32,000 nucleotides of DNA from Allobaculum fili (GCF_020969955.1 NZ_JAHDSX010000001.1:166230-198229), one strand, 5' to 3'. Numbered from the stretch's first letter, positions 7,448 through 17,103 are shown. Notes: generated by a model not told the origin, from the sequence alone. Translations and numbers: made by a program.

Positions 7448-9454
7448 TTATCCCAGATCCGGCACATCGCCCGAGGGCATTTCGGCCAGGGGGAGCGCCA
7501 GAGTAAAGATCGAACCTTCTGGTGTATTGTCGCGGACAGTCAGCTTGCCCTGATGGGCATCGACAATCGACTTGCACAGGAACAGGCCAAGTCCCAGATA
7601 ATGGTTGGAGTCCACATTTCCCTTGCTTCCGGTATAAAACAGATCGAAGATCGCCGGCTTTTCCGCATCGGGAATGCCCGGGCCCTGGTCTTCGACGTCC
7701 ACGATGGCCCAGCCGTCCTGTTCATAGGCGTGCAGACGGACTTGCGTGCCGGCTGGCGTGTGGTAGATGGCGTTGAGCACCATGTTCGTGATCGCCTGTG
7801 AGATCAGACCGTGATCGGCATTGACCAGAAGCAGATCGTCATCGATATCCACCTGAAGCGGATGAGTTTCGTTGGAAATTTTCGGGAAGTCGAGGCTGGC
7901 GTCAATAATTTCGCTGATCACTTCCAGCTGCGGATGCACCGGCATCGTGCCGTTGTCCAGACGCGCTGCGGTCAGCAGGTTTTCCACCATGCTCGACAGA
8001 AGCTGCGAATCGGCTTTGATCGTACGCCAGATGTCGGAAAGGTCTTCCCGCGTCAGGAAATCCTTGCCTTCTTCCGCCGCGGTGACGTTGCCGATAATGG
8101 ACGTCAGCGGCGTACGCAGATCGTGCGAGATGCCTTTAAGAATATTGGAGCGCAGCCGGTTGGATTCGGCTTCGCGCTGGATCTGTTCGAACTCTTCGGA
8201 GCGGATGCGGTTTTCCAGCGCCTGGGCGCTTTCCTGAATGATGGAATCGAGGATCATGTATTCATAGCCTTCGATCACATCCGAACCGCCGTTGATGCCG
8301 ACCAGTCCGATGACGTCCCCGTCCATTTTCCAGGGAAAATACAGATAGGCTGCATCGCTGAAATAGAGGGTGTGATTGCCGGCGGCGTCCTTGATTTTTA
8401 CCGCTTCGTTTTGCGCGTCCCGGTCCGCCTGGCCGATCGGCAGATGGACGGGATACATCGAACTCGACGGATAGGCGGCTGCTTCCTGAAAATCGAGACC
8501 GTCATACGGGATGAAGAGAATATCGCGGTGAATGCGTCCGGCGAGATGCGTACATACCGCGGGGATCAGCTCGCTGGTCTGTTCCGTTTCCTGAAGCAGC
8601 TGGCTGTTTTCGAGCAGCACCTGGGTGCGCCAGGACGATTTGTTGGCCTGATCGGATTCCTGATGCAGGCGCATGCCCATCGCGCCGGCGATGACCGAGG
8701 CGACAAAGGTAATCGCGAACACCAGGGTCAGATCAGTCTGGTAGTAGACGATGCTTCCGCGAGGCGACGCAAACAAAATGTTGAACAGAATAATCACTGC
8801 GGTCGACGAGAAAATCGGCCAGAACAGCGAAGTGGACGATACGGAACAGATCAGAACGCCAAGCATGTAAATCGGCGCCAGGAGCGCTTCGTCCGCACCC
8901 GTGGAATCGACCAGGAAAGCGACGACCGTCGCCGCAAAAAGAACGAGCACGGTGATCGCGAGCTGACGGAAAAACTGGCTGGTGGAAAGCTTGACCAGTC
9001 CCTGCGTCTGAATGTGCGTGCGCTCTGCACTTGGCACGGTCACGATATGCACGTCCGGAAGACTGTCCATCAGCGAAACCGCAATCGACTTGCGAAAGCG
9101 ATTCAGTCCCGTCTGCCGGACTGGCCTGGTAATGACCAGCTGGCTGACGCGCTTGGACTTGCAAAATTCGACGATCTGATACACCGGGTCGGTTCCGGAT
9201 AAAATTTCGATTTTGGCGCCGGCCTGCGCGGCGTAAATAATCGCGTCGTGCAGCTTGGTTTTGCGCGCTTCCGAAACGGATCGATAATACGGCGTGTCTA
9301 CATACACGGCCGAAAACAGGGCGTCCTGTTTTTGGGCGAGCAGGGCTGCGCTGTCGATTGCCTGGCTGCAGGCATCGTCCGCTGTCAGAACAACAACCAC
9401 ATGCACATGCTTTGGCAAAGGCGTCTGTCCGATCACAGACTGCGAAAGGGCCAT
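7448..9454 (-). CDS. kdpD: Sensor histidine kinase, KdpD-like but lacking the N-terminal KdpD sensor domain (Usp-like domain, 4 TM segments, HisKA, HATPase)
   Basis: 668 aa. N-terminal Usp-like HVHVVVVLTADDAC..VYVDTP. Hydrophobic segments (LAITVLVLFAATVVAFLV, IYMLGVLICSV, AVIILFNILFA, LVFAITFVASVIAGAMG). H-box ISHDLRTPLTSI. N/G boxes NAIYHT, DQGPGI, GLGLFLC. Confidence 0.8.
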   Translation of the reverse strand: MALSQSVIGQTPLPKHVHVVVVLTADDACSQAIDSAALLAQKQDALFSAVYVDTPYYRSVSEARKTKLHDAIIYAAQAGAKIEILSGTDPVYQIVEFCKSKRVSQLVITRPVRQTGLNRFRKSIAVSLMDSLPDVHIVTVPSAERTHIQTQGLVKLSTSQFFRQLAITVLVLFAATVVAFLVDSTGADEALLAPIYMLGVLICSVSSTSLFWPIFSSTAVIILFNILFASPRGSIVYYQTDLTLVFAITFVASVIAGAMGMRLHQESDQANKSSWRTQVLLENSQLLQETEQTSELIPAVCTHLAGRIHRDILFIPYDGLDFQEAAAYPSSSMYPVHLPIGQADRDAQNEAVKIKDAAGNHTLYFSDAAYLYFPWKMDGDVIGLVGINGGSDVIEGYEYMILDSIIQESAQALENRIRSEEFEQIQREAESNRLRSNILKGISHDLRTPLTSIIGNVTAAEEGKDFLTREDLSDIWRTIKADSQLLSSMVENLLTAARLDNGTMPVHPQLEVISEIIDASLDFPKISNETHPLQVDIDDDLLLVNADHGLISQAITNMVLNAIYHTPAGTQVRLHAYEQDGWAIVDVEDQGPGIPDAEKPAIFDLFYTGSKGNVDSNHYLGLGLFLCKSIVDAHQGKLTVRDNTPEGSIFTLALPLAEMPSGDVPDLG

Positions 9455-9852
9455 GAAATCACCGCCTTTCTAAACTTTCTTTTTTCCTCTTCCGCCTTTT
9501 TCCCGTTCCCCTGCTTTTTATAAAGAAGCCAAAGAGAAAGGAAAACAGGCCCTGGATGCGAAAAGAGTCCGCGCTGTCTACAGGGCATTCGCGGGCTTTT
9601 CAAAAAGATGCATCGAAAAGGTATTTGTAAAAGATGATTATCCATCCTTAACGCCATAGAGGCATTTCGAATAAGATTTGGTGCAAACAAAATGAAAAAA
9701 CGAACGAAGCCGTCTGTAAAAGCGGGAAGAAACCGGACCAGTATCGGTCCAAAACGGTTATGAATATTTGAATAGTGTGATGGTATGAGTCCAGTATAGG
9801 CGAATTGACATAAAGGTGCCGTTAAGCATCGGTCAGCCGCATGGCTTTTGCG

Positions 9853-9892
9853 TAAAGAAAAAGCGAAAGCAGTCTTATTTGGCTGCTTTCGC
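9853..9892 (-). terminator. Intrinsic terminator overlapping the stop codon of the 9875-10312 gene
   Basis: GCGAAAGCAG (9863-9872) / CTGCTTTCGC (9883-9892). The stop codon sits in the loop. The minus strand continues TTTTTCTTTA. Confidence 0.55.
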
Positions 9893-10312
9893 CGTCTGGG
9901 CTTCCTGCGGTTTCTGAAGCACCAGAATTTTCCTGGCAAAGAGTTCATCGACCAGGACGTAGCGCATAGCCTGCCGGATCTGGCCGAGAAGCCGAATCAG
10001 GCGGAAACCTTCCGCGAACGTGAAGGCGATGATCAGAAGCAGACATACACCGGAAAAACCGGCGGGAAGGCTCGTCTGCAAAGCCGAATTGAAATAAATG
10101 CCGGCGAAACTGAGCGCGAGAATGTTCAGAATGCTGAGCGTGATCAGTCTTGGACAGATCAGCATGTTTACGGCATGGGAATACGTTTTTGTGTCTTTGG
10201 TAGTACGAAGCAGAATGATCTGCTTATAAATTGAATGCAGTTCCGGGTTTTCGGAATCGATGATCTGATGAAGCGTCAAGATCAGCTGTTCCTTCGGAAT
10301 ATAGCGGCGCAT
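9875..10312 (-). CDS. Hypothetical small membrane protein (145 aa, 2 predicted TM helices)
   Basis: Hydrophobic stretches LITLSILNILALSFAGIYF and GFSGVCLLLIIAFTFA. No family recognised. Confidence 0.55.
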   Translation of the reverse strand: MRRYIPKEQLILTLHQIIDSENPELHSIYKQIILLRTTKDTKTYSHAVNMLICPRLITLSILNILALSFAGIYFNSALQTSLPAGFSGVCLLLIIAFTFAEGFRLIRLLGQIRQAMRYVLVDELFARKILVLQKPQEAQTAKAAK

Positions 10313-10472
10313 CGCATTAACCTCAACTTCCAGGCAGGACCTGTAAAGACGGATTGTTCTGTCTTTATCGCCCCCCCCGCGACGATTAGGGTAAACCTTT
10401 CGAGAAAGGCTTTCAAGTAAAGAGGCCGCGGCTTTCCTGCGTTTTATTTGTCCTTTTTGGTTTCTTTTTTTC

Positions 10473-11030
10473 TTATCGAATTTTATAAAAGTGGGCGGTG
10501 GAAATTCCCCATTTTTTCGTGCGGTAACGGTGCAGCTTTACGTAGTCATCGCGCATTTCCTTCGTGTGAAGCGTACGGATCACCACTTCTCCATCTTCAT
10601 TCAGAAGTTCTGCATCGCCAAGGGCTTCCATAACGGGGTGGAAAATGGAATCGACGGTATAGGGCGGGTCCAGATAAATCCGGTCGAATTTTTCGCCTTT
10701 CCTTTTGAGCTGTTCAATCGCCAGAAAGACGTCTTTTTCCAGAAGCGTACAGTTTTTGTTTTCGAAATGGCAGGCTTTCAGATTCCGTCGAATGACATCG
10801 GCGGCCTTTTTTCCTTTTTCGACCATGACGACCCGATCGGCGCCTCTCGAGAGGGCTTCGAGCCCCATGGAGCCGGAGCCGGAAAACAGATCGAGAAAGG
10901 AACTGCCGGGAATATCAAACTGCCAGATGTTGAAAAGAGCCTGACGAATTTTATCCGTAACGGGCCGGGTATCCAGACCTTCGGGCGCTTCAATGATTTT
11001 GCCGCGCGCCGAACCGGAAATTATGCGCAT
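10473..11030 (-). CDS. rsmD: 16S rRNA (guanine966-N2)-methyltransferase RsmD
   Basis: MRIISGSARGKIIEAP..TRPVTDKIRQALFN..FLDLFSGSGSMGLEALSRGA..IYLDPPY is the canonical RsmD motif set. Confidence 0.85.
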   Translation of the reverse strand: MRIISGSARGKIIEAPEGLDTRPVTDKIRQALFNIWQFDIPGSSFLDLFSGSGSMGLEALSRGADRVVMVEKGKKAADVIRRNLKACHFENKNCTLLEKDVFLAIEQLKRKGEKFDRIYLDPPYTVDSIFHPVMEALGDAELLNEDGEVVIRTLHTKEMRDDYVKLHRYRTKKWGISTAHFYKIR

Positions 11031-11392
11031 AAGCTATCACCTGCTTTCTCTCTCCTGCTTTTTTCACGGCTTGCGATCGTATAAAAGAAAAGGCAAGCCG
11101 GCGCAGGGAACGCTTGAAATTCCTGTCGCCTTTCCTCTTTGTATCGTATCACACGTGCCCGTATAAAAAGGAATAGGGCTTTTTCCGGCCGGAAAGGTCC
11201 GCTTAGTCTATCCCAATTGCGAAAACGCTTCCATCCAGGCGGCCAGTTTGGATAGAAAATTGTCCTGTTCTGATGATTCTCGTTATAAAATTCTTATATT
11301 TTTTTCTACGACTAGTGGAATTGAAAATCCGCGATCACAATGGAAGTATCAAAGGATTGCCAGAAATAATGCCGCATAAAGGAGGCGATGAC

Positions 11393-11743
11393 ATGAATTC
11401 AAGGATCCTTCAGAAACATCTCGAAAGCAGGCTGATCATTCTTGTAAATGTCTGCGCCGCAAATCAGAAGCAGGATGACGGACTGATCTATGAAATTCTG
11501 ACCGATACCCATATGGACGATCAGAGCCGTCTGAACTACATTGCGCAGATCGAATGCCGGCTGCCGCAGATCCGGCTCATGCCCTGCAAAAACGAATGGA
11601 GCCTGAACTCCCGCTACGCAGAAGAAAGCGAAGAAAGCGACACCGCCTGGCAGCAGGTGCGCGCCATCGCCATCTCGACCAAGGGCGATGAACACGGACT
11701 TGACTGTCTGACGTGCCAGAAAATCGCGAAAGCCTTAAGCTGA
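11393..11743 (+). CDS. Hypothetical protein (116 aa)
   Basis: ATG at 11393 with AAAGGAGG (11378-11385) 7 nt upstream. The track ORF start at 11273 lacks an RBS. No family recognised. Confidence 0.5.
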   Translation: MNSRILQKHLESRLIILVNVCAANQKQDDGLIYEILTDTHMDDQSRLNYIAQIECRLPQIRLMPCKNEWSLNSRYAEESEESDTAWQQVRAIAISTKGDEHGLDCLTCQKIAKALS

Positions 11744-11770
11744 AACGCAGCGTCCGGCTCACTCGGGCAG

Positions 11771-11814
11771 CATCCATGAATCACCCATGAATCACCCATG
11801 AATCACCCATGAAT
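11771..11814. repeat. 11-bp tandem repeat ATGAATCACCC, 3 full copies plus partial flanking copies
   Basis: Direct reading: ATGAATCACCC at 11776, 11787 and 11798, then ATGAAT at 11809. Confidence 0.85.
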
Positions 11815-12048
11815 AATGAAACGCTTCACAGGCAGATTTGGTCTTTTTTCCAGACGGTAAGAACAGTTCACCTTTTCTGGAAAGAAGATCCGATCTGCTT
11901 TTCTTTGCGCAAAAGGGAGCGGCTTTCGCATTGACGCGAAGAGCGGATACAATAGACAAGGCAGGAAAGTCCCGAATTCATACAAAGAATCGGGGAACAT
12001 GCGAGTAAAACGAAACTACGCGTTAAGACGAAAGAGGGGTAAATAAAT

Positions 12049-13011
12049 ATGGAACAGTACAGAACCGTTCGTTCCCGGTATGATCAGCTTCCGCTCGATG
12101 TGGTCGAAGTCATTCCGGAAAACGGGGTAAAAGCCATTGTTCAGATCGTTCACGGCATGCAGGAACACAAGGAACGCTACCTGCATTTCATGGAATTTCT
12201 GGCGTCCAATCATATCGCCTGCGTAGCCGCCGATCATCGCGGCCATGGAAAATCCATTCGCGCTGAGCTCGACCTGGGCTATTTTTATGACAGTACGGCG
12301 ACGGCGATTGTTGAAGATCTGGATGCGGTCAATGCCGATCTTCGCGAGCGCTATCCAGACGTTCCCTTTTTCATGATCGCCCATTCCATGGGAACCCTCT
12401 GCGCCAGAAAGTATCTCAAGACGCATGACGAAGAACTGGACGGACTGATTCTGTCTGGACCAGTCTGGAGAAATCCGAAAGCAAAAGCCGGGCGGATGCT
12501 GGTGGATGTGCTCAGCCGTCTGTACGGGGATCGACACATTTCCAAACGTGTCGCCGGAATGGTCGAAGGCGCGTTTGATCAGGGAATTGAAGGCAATCAG
12601 ACCAACCGCTGGCTCAGTACGGATACCGATGAAGTGGAAATGTTTAATAACGACCCGCTCTGCGGCAATCCCTTTACGCTGAACGGCTATCGAAATCTTC
12701 TTGTCATGATCGAAGAAGTGTACTCACCCAAAGGCTGGCAGATGAAAAACAAAAGCCTGCCGATTCTGTTTGCGGCCGGAGAAAACGATCCGGTGATCGG
12801 ATCGCCAAAGGCGTTTGAAGAACAGAAAAAGGATCTGATGGCGCGCGGATATACGCATGTCCGCTCAAAGCTGTATCCGCAGATGCGGCATGAAATTCTC
12901 AATGAAATCAACCGCACGCAGGTTTACGAAGATTTTTATCATTTTTTAAATCGCATTCTGGAAGAAAAGAAAAAAGCTGCCGGGGCAGAAAAGGAGAAGA
13001 GCAATGATTGA
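12049..13011 (+). CDS. Alpha/beta hydrolase (lysophospholipase / monoacylglycerol-lipase-like)
   Basis: 320 aa. HGMQEH, DHRGHGKS and the nucleophile elbow AHSMG. GENDPV and a late His (MRHE) fit the Ser-Asp-His triad. RBS AGAGGGG. Confidence 0.8.
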   Translation: MEQYRTVRSRYDQLPLDVVEVIPENGVKAIVQIVHGMQEHKERYLHFMEFLASNHIACVAADHRGHGKSIRAELDLGYFYDSTATAIVEDLDAVNADLRERYPDVPFFMIAHSMGTLCARKYLKTHDEELDGLILSGPVWRNPKAKAGRMLVDVLSRLYGDRHISKRVAGMVEGAFDQGIEGNQTNRWLSTDTDEVEMFNNDPLCGNPFTLNGYRNLLVMIEEVYSPKGWQMKNKSLPILFAAGENDPVIGSPKAFEEQKKDLMARGYTHVRSKLYPQMRHEILNEINRTQVYEDFYHFLNRILEEKKKAAGAEKEKSND

Positions 13012-13786
13012 AGTTGGAATGATTGGTTTTGGAAAAATGGCGCAGGCGATCGCAGCCGGATGGCAAAATGCCGGCCTGCTCGATCGAATTCATGTGCAGG
13101 CGTATGCGCCGCATTATGACAAGCTCTGCCGCAACTGCAAAACATACGACGTAACGCCGATGAAGACGCTCCACGAGCTTTGCGAGGCAAGCCATGTGAT
13201 TATCCTTGCCTGCAAGCCCGCGCAGGTCGAAGGCGTCCTGAGCGAATGCCGCGACTGGGTCGACGGCAAGCTCGTCATCTGTCTGGCCGCTGGAATCAAT
13301 CACGAAAAGCTGGACGCCTGGCTGCCGTATGCGGCGCACGTATCGGTAATGCCGAACACCGCCATGATGGTTCAGGTCGGCTGCCTGATCGTGGAAGAAC
13401 CGAACACGATGAGCGAACGAGATACAAAGGTTCTTGAAGACCTGTTCGAGCCGCTCGGCTCGATCGTTCCGGTTCCGGCAGCCCTCTTTGGCATTGCCGG
13501 AACTATTTCCGGATGCGGCCCGGCCTTTCTCGGTCTCTTTGCGGAAGCCCTCGCGGATGCCGGTGTGAAGTACGGTCTGCCGCGCGCAACAGCAGCGTCT
13601 CTGGCTGCCCGCACCGTGTATGGAGCCGGAGCTATGCTGAGTCTGAATGAAATGGAACCGGCTGTCTTTAAAAATGAAATCTGCTCGCCGGGCGGAACGA
13701 CCATTCGCGGTATCGTCACTCTGGAAAAAGACGGATTCCGCAAAGCGGTGATCGAGGCGATCGAAGCCATCGAGGAAAAGAAGTAG
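13004..13786 (+). CDS. proC: Pyrroline-5-carboxylate reductase
   Basis: N-terminal Rossmann motif IGFGKMAQAI, and the C-terminal ProC signature CSPGGTTIRG. Overlaps the previous gene by 8 nt. Confidence 0.9.
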   Translation: MIEVGMIGFGKMAQAIAAGWQNAGLLDRIHVQAYAPHYDKLCRNCKTYDVTPMKTLHELCEASHVIILACKPAQVEGVLSECRDWVDGKLVICLAAGINHEKLDAWLPYAAHVSVMPNTAMMVQVGCLIVEEPNTMSERDTKVLEDLFEPLGSIVPVPAALFGIAGTISGCGPAFLGLFAEALADAGVKYGLPRATAASLAARTVYGAGAMLSLNEMEPAVFKNEICSPGGTTIRGIVTLEKDGFRKAVIEAIEAIEEKK

Positions 13787-13816
13787 GAAATCGAAGCCGA
13801 AAAACAAATACAAACG

Positions 13817-13866
13817 AAAGCCAGCGCAGATCTGTCGTCGGGAAACGACGAAGCTGCGCTGGCTTT
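13817..13866. terminator. Bidirectional terminator between convergent proC and the PBP gene
   Basis: AAAGCCAGCGCAG (13817-13829) / CTGCGCTGGCTTT (13854-13866) with an inner CGTCG..CGACG stem. Confidence 0.7.
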
Positions 13867-13929
13867 TCTAGTTCAGTGTATCGAATTGTAAGCGTCTGGT
13901 TTTCGGATTTACGTGATCTGCTTTCCGCT

Positions 13930-16416
13930 CTATCCATTGGACGTTCCGCCGATTTCTTTTGGCAAAGAGGACGATTGGGTGGAACTGGAAGAATCTGCGG
14001 AATCCGTCTGGGAATCCGGCTCTTTGAGCGGATTTTCCTGCTGCCAGAGCTCGACGCTGATCGTGTCGCCCTTATGCAGTGCCGTGCCTTCCGGGACGGA
14101 CTGGGAGGCAACTTTGCCGGATCCGCTGACTTTGACCTGAATGTTGGTCAGCTGCCAGAAGGCAGTCACATCCTTGAGCGTCCAGCCGGTCATATCCGGC
14201 ATGACAATTTCATCGCCGTTCGTCATTAAGAGAACGCGGTCCTGCGAATTGACCGTGGAATCCGCTGCCGGATACTGACCAATAACGGTATCGCCATTGC
14301 CCAGAATCAGGGATTTCAGACTCATTTCGCCCAGTTTCTGTTCGGCATAGCTGCGCGTGTGGCTGGTCAGCGTCGGCATGGTCCAGGACGTCCAGGTACT
14401 CTGATCTGCCGAATCGGACTGCTCATTGTCATAGTTGACGCCGGCAGTCTTCAGTGCGGCTTTCATGATGTCCTGGAAGTAGCTTCCCGAATAGTTCAGA
14501 TAGTTCGGCCCCTGCATGCCCCAGAAAACCATCACCTGCGGATCGTCGGCAGGAGCGGCGCCCATGACGGTCGATGTGTAGTTGGTTTTGTCATAGCCGC
14601 CAATATTCGGATTGTAAATTTCACCCGTACCGGTCTTGATTGCAATGTCGATGCCGTCAATGGTGAATCGCTCACCGGTCATGCCGGCATCGCCGACATG
14701 GACCATGAGCTGACGGACTTTCTGTGCCGTTTGGGCTGAAATCGGATGGCCGGTGCATTCCGGAGAAAACTGTTCGATGACCTCGCCGGTATCGCTGTCG
14801 AGGATGGAGTCCACAAGATAGGGCTTCATCATTTTTCCATCGTTGAAGATCGCGGTATACGCCTGACAAAGTTCCAGGGCGGTCAGCGAAGAGGCCTGAC
14901 CAAAACCAGTCGAAAGGTAGTCGGTGGCCTGCGAATAGTTGCCGACCCCGGTCAGTTCGTTAATGAACGGAGAGCCGACGGGCTTATACAGACCGAAGGC
15001 GTCGAGATAGCTGGCAAACGTCTGCTGATCGAGGTAATTGGTCAGCAATTCGCAAATCGCGATGTTAGAGGAGTGTGCAAGACCATCCGCAAAGGTCAGC
15101 GTACCGTAGTCTGTGCCCAGCGCATCGTTAATCGGCGGATACTGCGTTTCGGCCTGACTGCCGACGCGGGTGATCTTGTTTGTGACCGGATCGACGGTGT
15201 AGTAAAACGATCCGGCGCGATAGTAAGTATCTTCTGAGGGATAGACGCCGGAGTCGATGGCAGCTGCGTAGACGAGCGGCTTTACAACGGAACCTGGCTC
15301 GAAGAGAGCCTGCGAAATGTTGTCGGCGGTTTCCGGCAGAACGAGGTGTGTGTTCTGGTCATAGGTCGGATAGGAACCCCAGCCGAGAATCTTGCCGGTT
15401 TTTACCTCGACGACAATGGCCCACGCCTGGGAAGCATTGGATTCATTCATGGTTCTGGAAAGAACCGATTCGATCGTTTCCTGGAGGTTCAGATCAAGGG
15501 TCAGCTTGACTTTGTCGCCGTTTTCGCTTTCGCGCAAAATCGTTTCGCTTCCTGGCAGGATCTGGTCAGCCTGCGTAGCAGTGTACTGACGCAGCCCGTT
15601 CTTGCCGCTCAGATAGGCGTTCATCGTCTGTTCGAGCCCGAAGCGGCCGGTGATCGTACCGGTGTTGTCATCGTTGGTCGCAAAGCCGATGGCCTGCGAA
15701 GAAAGCGGCGTGGTCGGATAGGTACGGCGAACGTCTTCGATAAAGCTCATGCCGGGAATTTTCATGGATTCGAGGCGGAGTTTCTGTTCTTCCGTAATGC
15801 GTTTTGTGCCGGTACCCAGCTCAATCTGCGAGTAGCCGTTTTCCTGCGCGTTTTTCAGACGCTTGAGAATATCGTCTTCGTCAATGACGTCGCCAAGGAC
15901 ATCCTTGAGCGCCTTGGCGAACGCTTCGGGATCTTCGACGTACGCGTCGACGAGCTTGGCGTCCGCTGCTTCCAGAGCGGCCTGTACCTGTTCGCTCTGC
16001 CCGCTGGCCTTGCCCTGACTGATCAGGTTATCGCGCTGGCCCTGGATAATCTGGTCATCGCGTTCTTTTTCGTCCGGAGTACGGTTGTCGAAGTTGGCTG
16101 CGATGGTGTAGGCCTTGGCGGACGTGGCGATGATCTGATTGTTTCGATCGACGATGTCGCCGCGCGATCCGGAAATCGTCTGGGTGATTACCGAATTTCG
16201 AACGGCGGGGTTCAGCACGCTGTATCCGGTCCACAGATGCTGCTTGCTGATCATGGTCATGCCGACAGCACTGACGGATACGGCAATACAGAGAAAAAAC
16301 ACAACGCCCATCAGGCGAATGCGCGAGTCAAAGGTTAAGATTCCCCGTTTTTTCTTTGGGGATGCCTCAGGCTTTTTTCTGGCTGCAGGTTTGTTTTCTT
16401 TTTTATTGCGGGCCAT
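13930..16416 (-). CDS. Class B penicillin-binding protein (PBP2B/FtsI-type transpeptidase) with C-terminal PASTA domains and an S/D-rich tail
   Basis: 828 aa. N-terminal TM anchor (LMGVVFFLCIAVSVSAVG). Transpeptidase region with an SxxK candidate (SVVKP), SSN and KTGTGE. PASTA-like repeats near the C-terminus (MPDMTGWTLKDV..VKVSGSGKV). AAGGAGG RBS. Sits in the dcw cluster. Confidence 0.9.
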   Translation of the reverse strand: MARNKKENKPAARKKPEASPKKKRGILTFDSRIRLMGVVFFLCIAVSVSAVGMTMISKQHLWTGYSVLNPAVRNSVITQTISGSRGDIVDRNNQIIATSAKAYTIAANFDNRTPDEKERDDQIIQGQRDNLISQGKASGQSEQVQAALEAADAKLVDAYVEDPEAFAKALKDVLGDVIDEDDILKRLKNAQENGYSQIELGTGTKRITEEQKLRLESMKIPGMSFIEDVRRTYPTTPLSSQAIGFATNDDNTGTITGRFGLEQTMNAYLSGKNGLRQYTATQADQILPGSETILRESENGDKVKLTLDLNLQETIESVLSRTMNESNASQAWAIVVEVKTGKILGWGSYPTYDQNTHLVLPETADNISQALFEPGSVVKPLVYAAAIDSGVYPSEDTYYRAGSFYYTVDPVTNKITRVGSQAETQYPPINDALGTDYGTLTFADGLAHSSNIAICELLTNYLDQQTFASYLDAFGLYKPVGSPFINELTGVGNYSQATDYLSTGFGQASSLTALELCQAYTAIFNDGKMMKPYLVDSILDSDTGEVIEQFSPECTGHPISAQTAQKVRQLMVHVGDAGMTGERFTIDGIDIAIKTGTGEIYNPNIGGYDKTNYTSTVMGAAPADDPQVMVFWGMQGPNYLNYSGSYFQDIMKAALKTAGVNYDNEQSDSADQSTWTSWTMPTLTSHTRSYAEQKLGEMSLKSLILGNGDTVIGQYPAADSTVNSQDRVLLMTNGDEIVMPDMTGWTLKDVTAFWQLTNIQVKVSGSGKVASQSVPEGTALHKGDTISVELWQQENPLKEPDSQTDSADSSSSTQSSSLPKEIGGTSNG

Positions 16417-16779
16417 GGCAGCCTCCTTTCGTATGGTAGATGGATACTCTCTTTTCTTTTTTTCAGTACGCCGATATGGGGCTTTCCAAAGGAAAGAGAG
16501 GAGATGTTTTCGTGAATAAAATATTCCGCCCTACAGAATAAACCGATTTTTCAAAACGACCTTAAATCTTACAAAACGTGCAGGATCTGCAGGGTGATTT
16601 TTTTTGGAGCGCTCTGCGCAAGCGGCAGAGCAGTATGCGTACAGGGAAGATGAATACGTGCAAGGAAGATAAATAGCAGAAGAAAAAAAGGAAAGAGCAG
16701 CTGGAACGCTCTGAGTGACAGAGAATTGTCAGCTGCTCTGCAAGGTACAAAACAGAAATTGAAGCTAAAGCAGTTCCGG

Positions 16780-17103
16780 TTACTTGGAATAGTAGTAAAC
16801 GTTGGCCTGGTTGTCTGAAACCTGACCTTCAAGCATTCCAAGTACTCGGGACTTTTCTTCGAGCTGAGCGATTTCGGTCTGCAGATCGGAAATCGCCGTA
16901 TTTTTTTCATTAATCTGCGAAACGAGTGCCTGGTTTTCCACCGATTTTGTCGTACTCATCTGACGAACGAAAAGACGGGTGGTTAAAGCACCGATACCGG
17001 TGATCACAGCACATGCGATGATGAGCTTTTTCCAGAACCCATACTTGTTCTTCGATCGCAGAGCGCGTTTATGCGTTTTCTTCCTTGTCTGCAATTCGTT
17101 CAA
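16780..17103 (-). CDS. ftsL: Cell division protein FtsL-like (small bitopic protein)
   Basis: Basic N-terminus, one TM helix (LIIACAVITGIGALTT), then a coiled-coil-like region. It sits between rsmH and the PBP gene. The start is uncertain: TTG at 17103 abuts GGGGAG, and TTG at 17094 has better spacing. Confidence 0.65.
   Translation of the reverse strand: MNELQTRKKTHKRALRSKNKYGFWKKLIIACAVITGIGALTTRLFVRQMSTTKSVENQALVSQINEKNTAISDLQTEIAQLEEKSRVLGMLEGQVSDNQANVYYYSK

Noticed and set aside
7811-9202. Large antisense ORFs opposite real genes: 7811-9202 (463 aa), 17291-18610 (439 aa), 15346-16338 (330 aa), 12908-13813 (301 aa), 2655-3506 (283 aa), 19778-20437 (219 aa) and 6467-7069 (200 aa).
   Set aside because: Each lies entirely antisense to a gene with clear family motifs (kdpD, rsmH/mraZ, PBP, proC, BMP protein, cas9, kdpE). 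Their compositions are R/G/H- or F/I-rich with no motifs or RBS. Such shadow ORFs are expected on the opposite strand of genuine coding sequence.
9692-9763. A 23-codon very basic + strand ORF (MKKRTKPSVKAGRNRTSIGPKRL) whose start resembles ribosomal protein L34 (MKRT.QPS..KR).
   Set aside because: There is no RBS, it is half the length of L34, it diverges after 8 residues and the genomic context is wrong. It is probably chance within the kdpD promoter region.
11181-11200. Perfect 14-bp palindrome TTTCCGGCCGGAAA and a nearby 8-bp stem (CGGCTTGC/GCAAGCCG, about 11067-11100) in the rsmD upstream region.
   Set aside because: Short palindromes of this size are common in promoter regions, and there is no supporting context for a specific regulator. 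Noted only.
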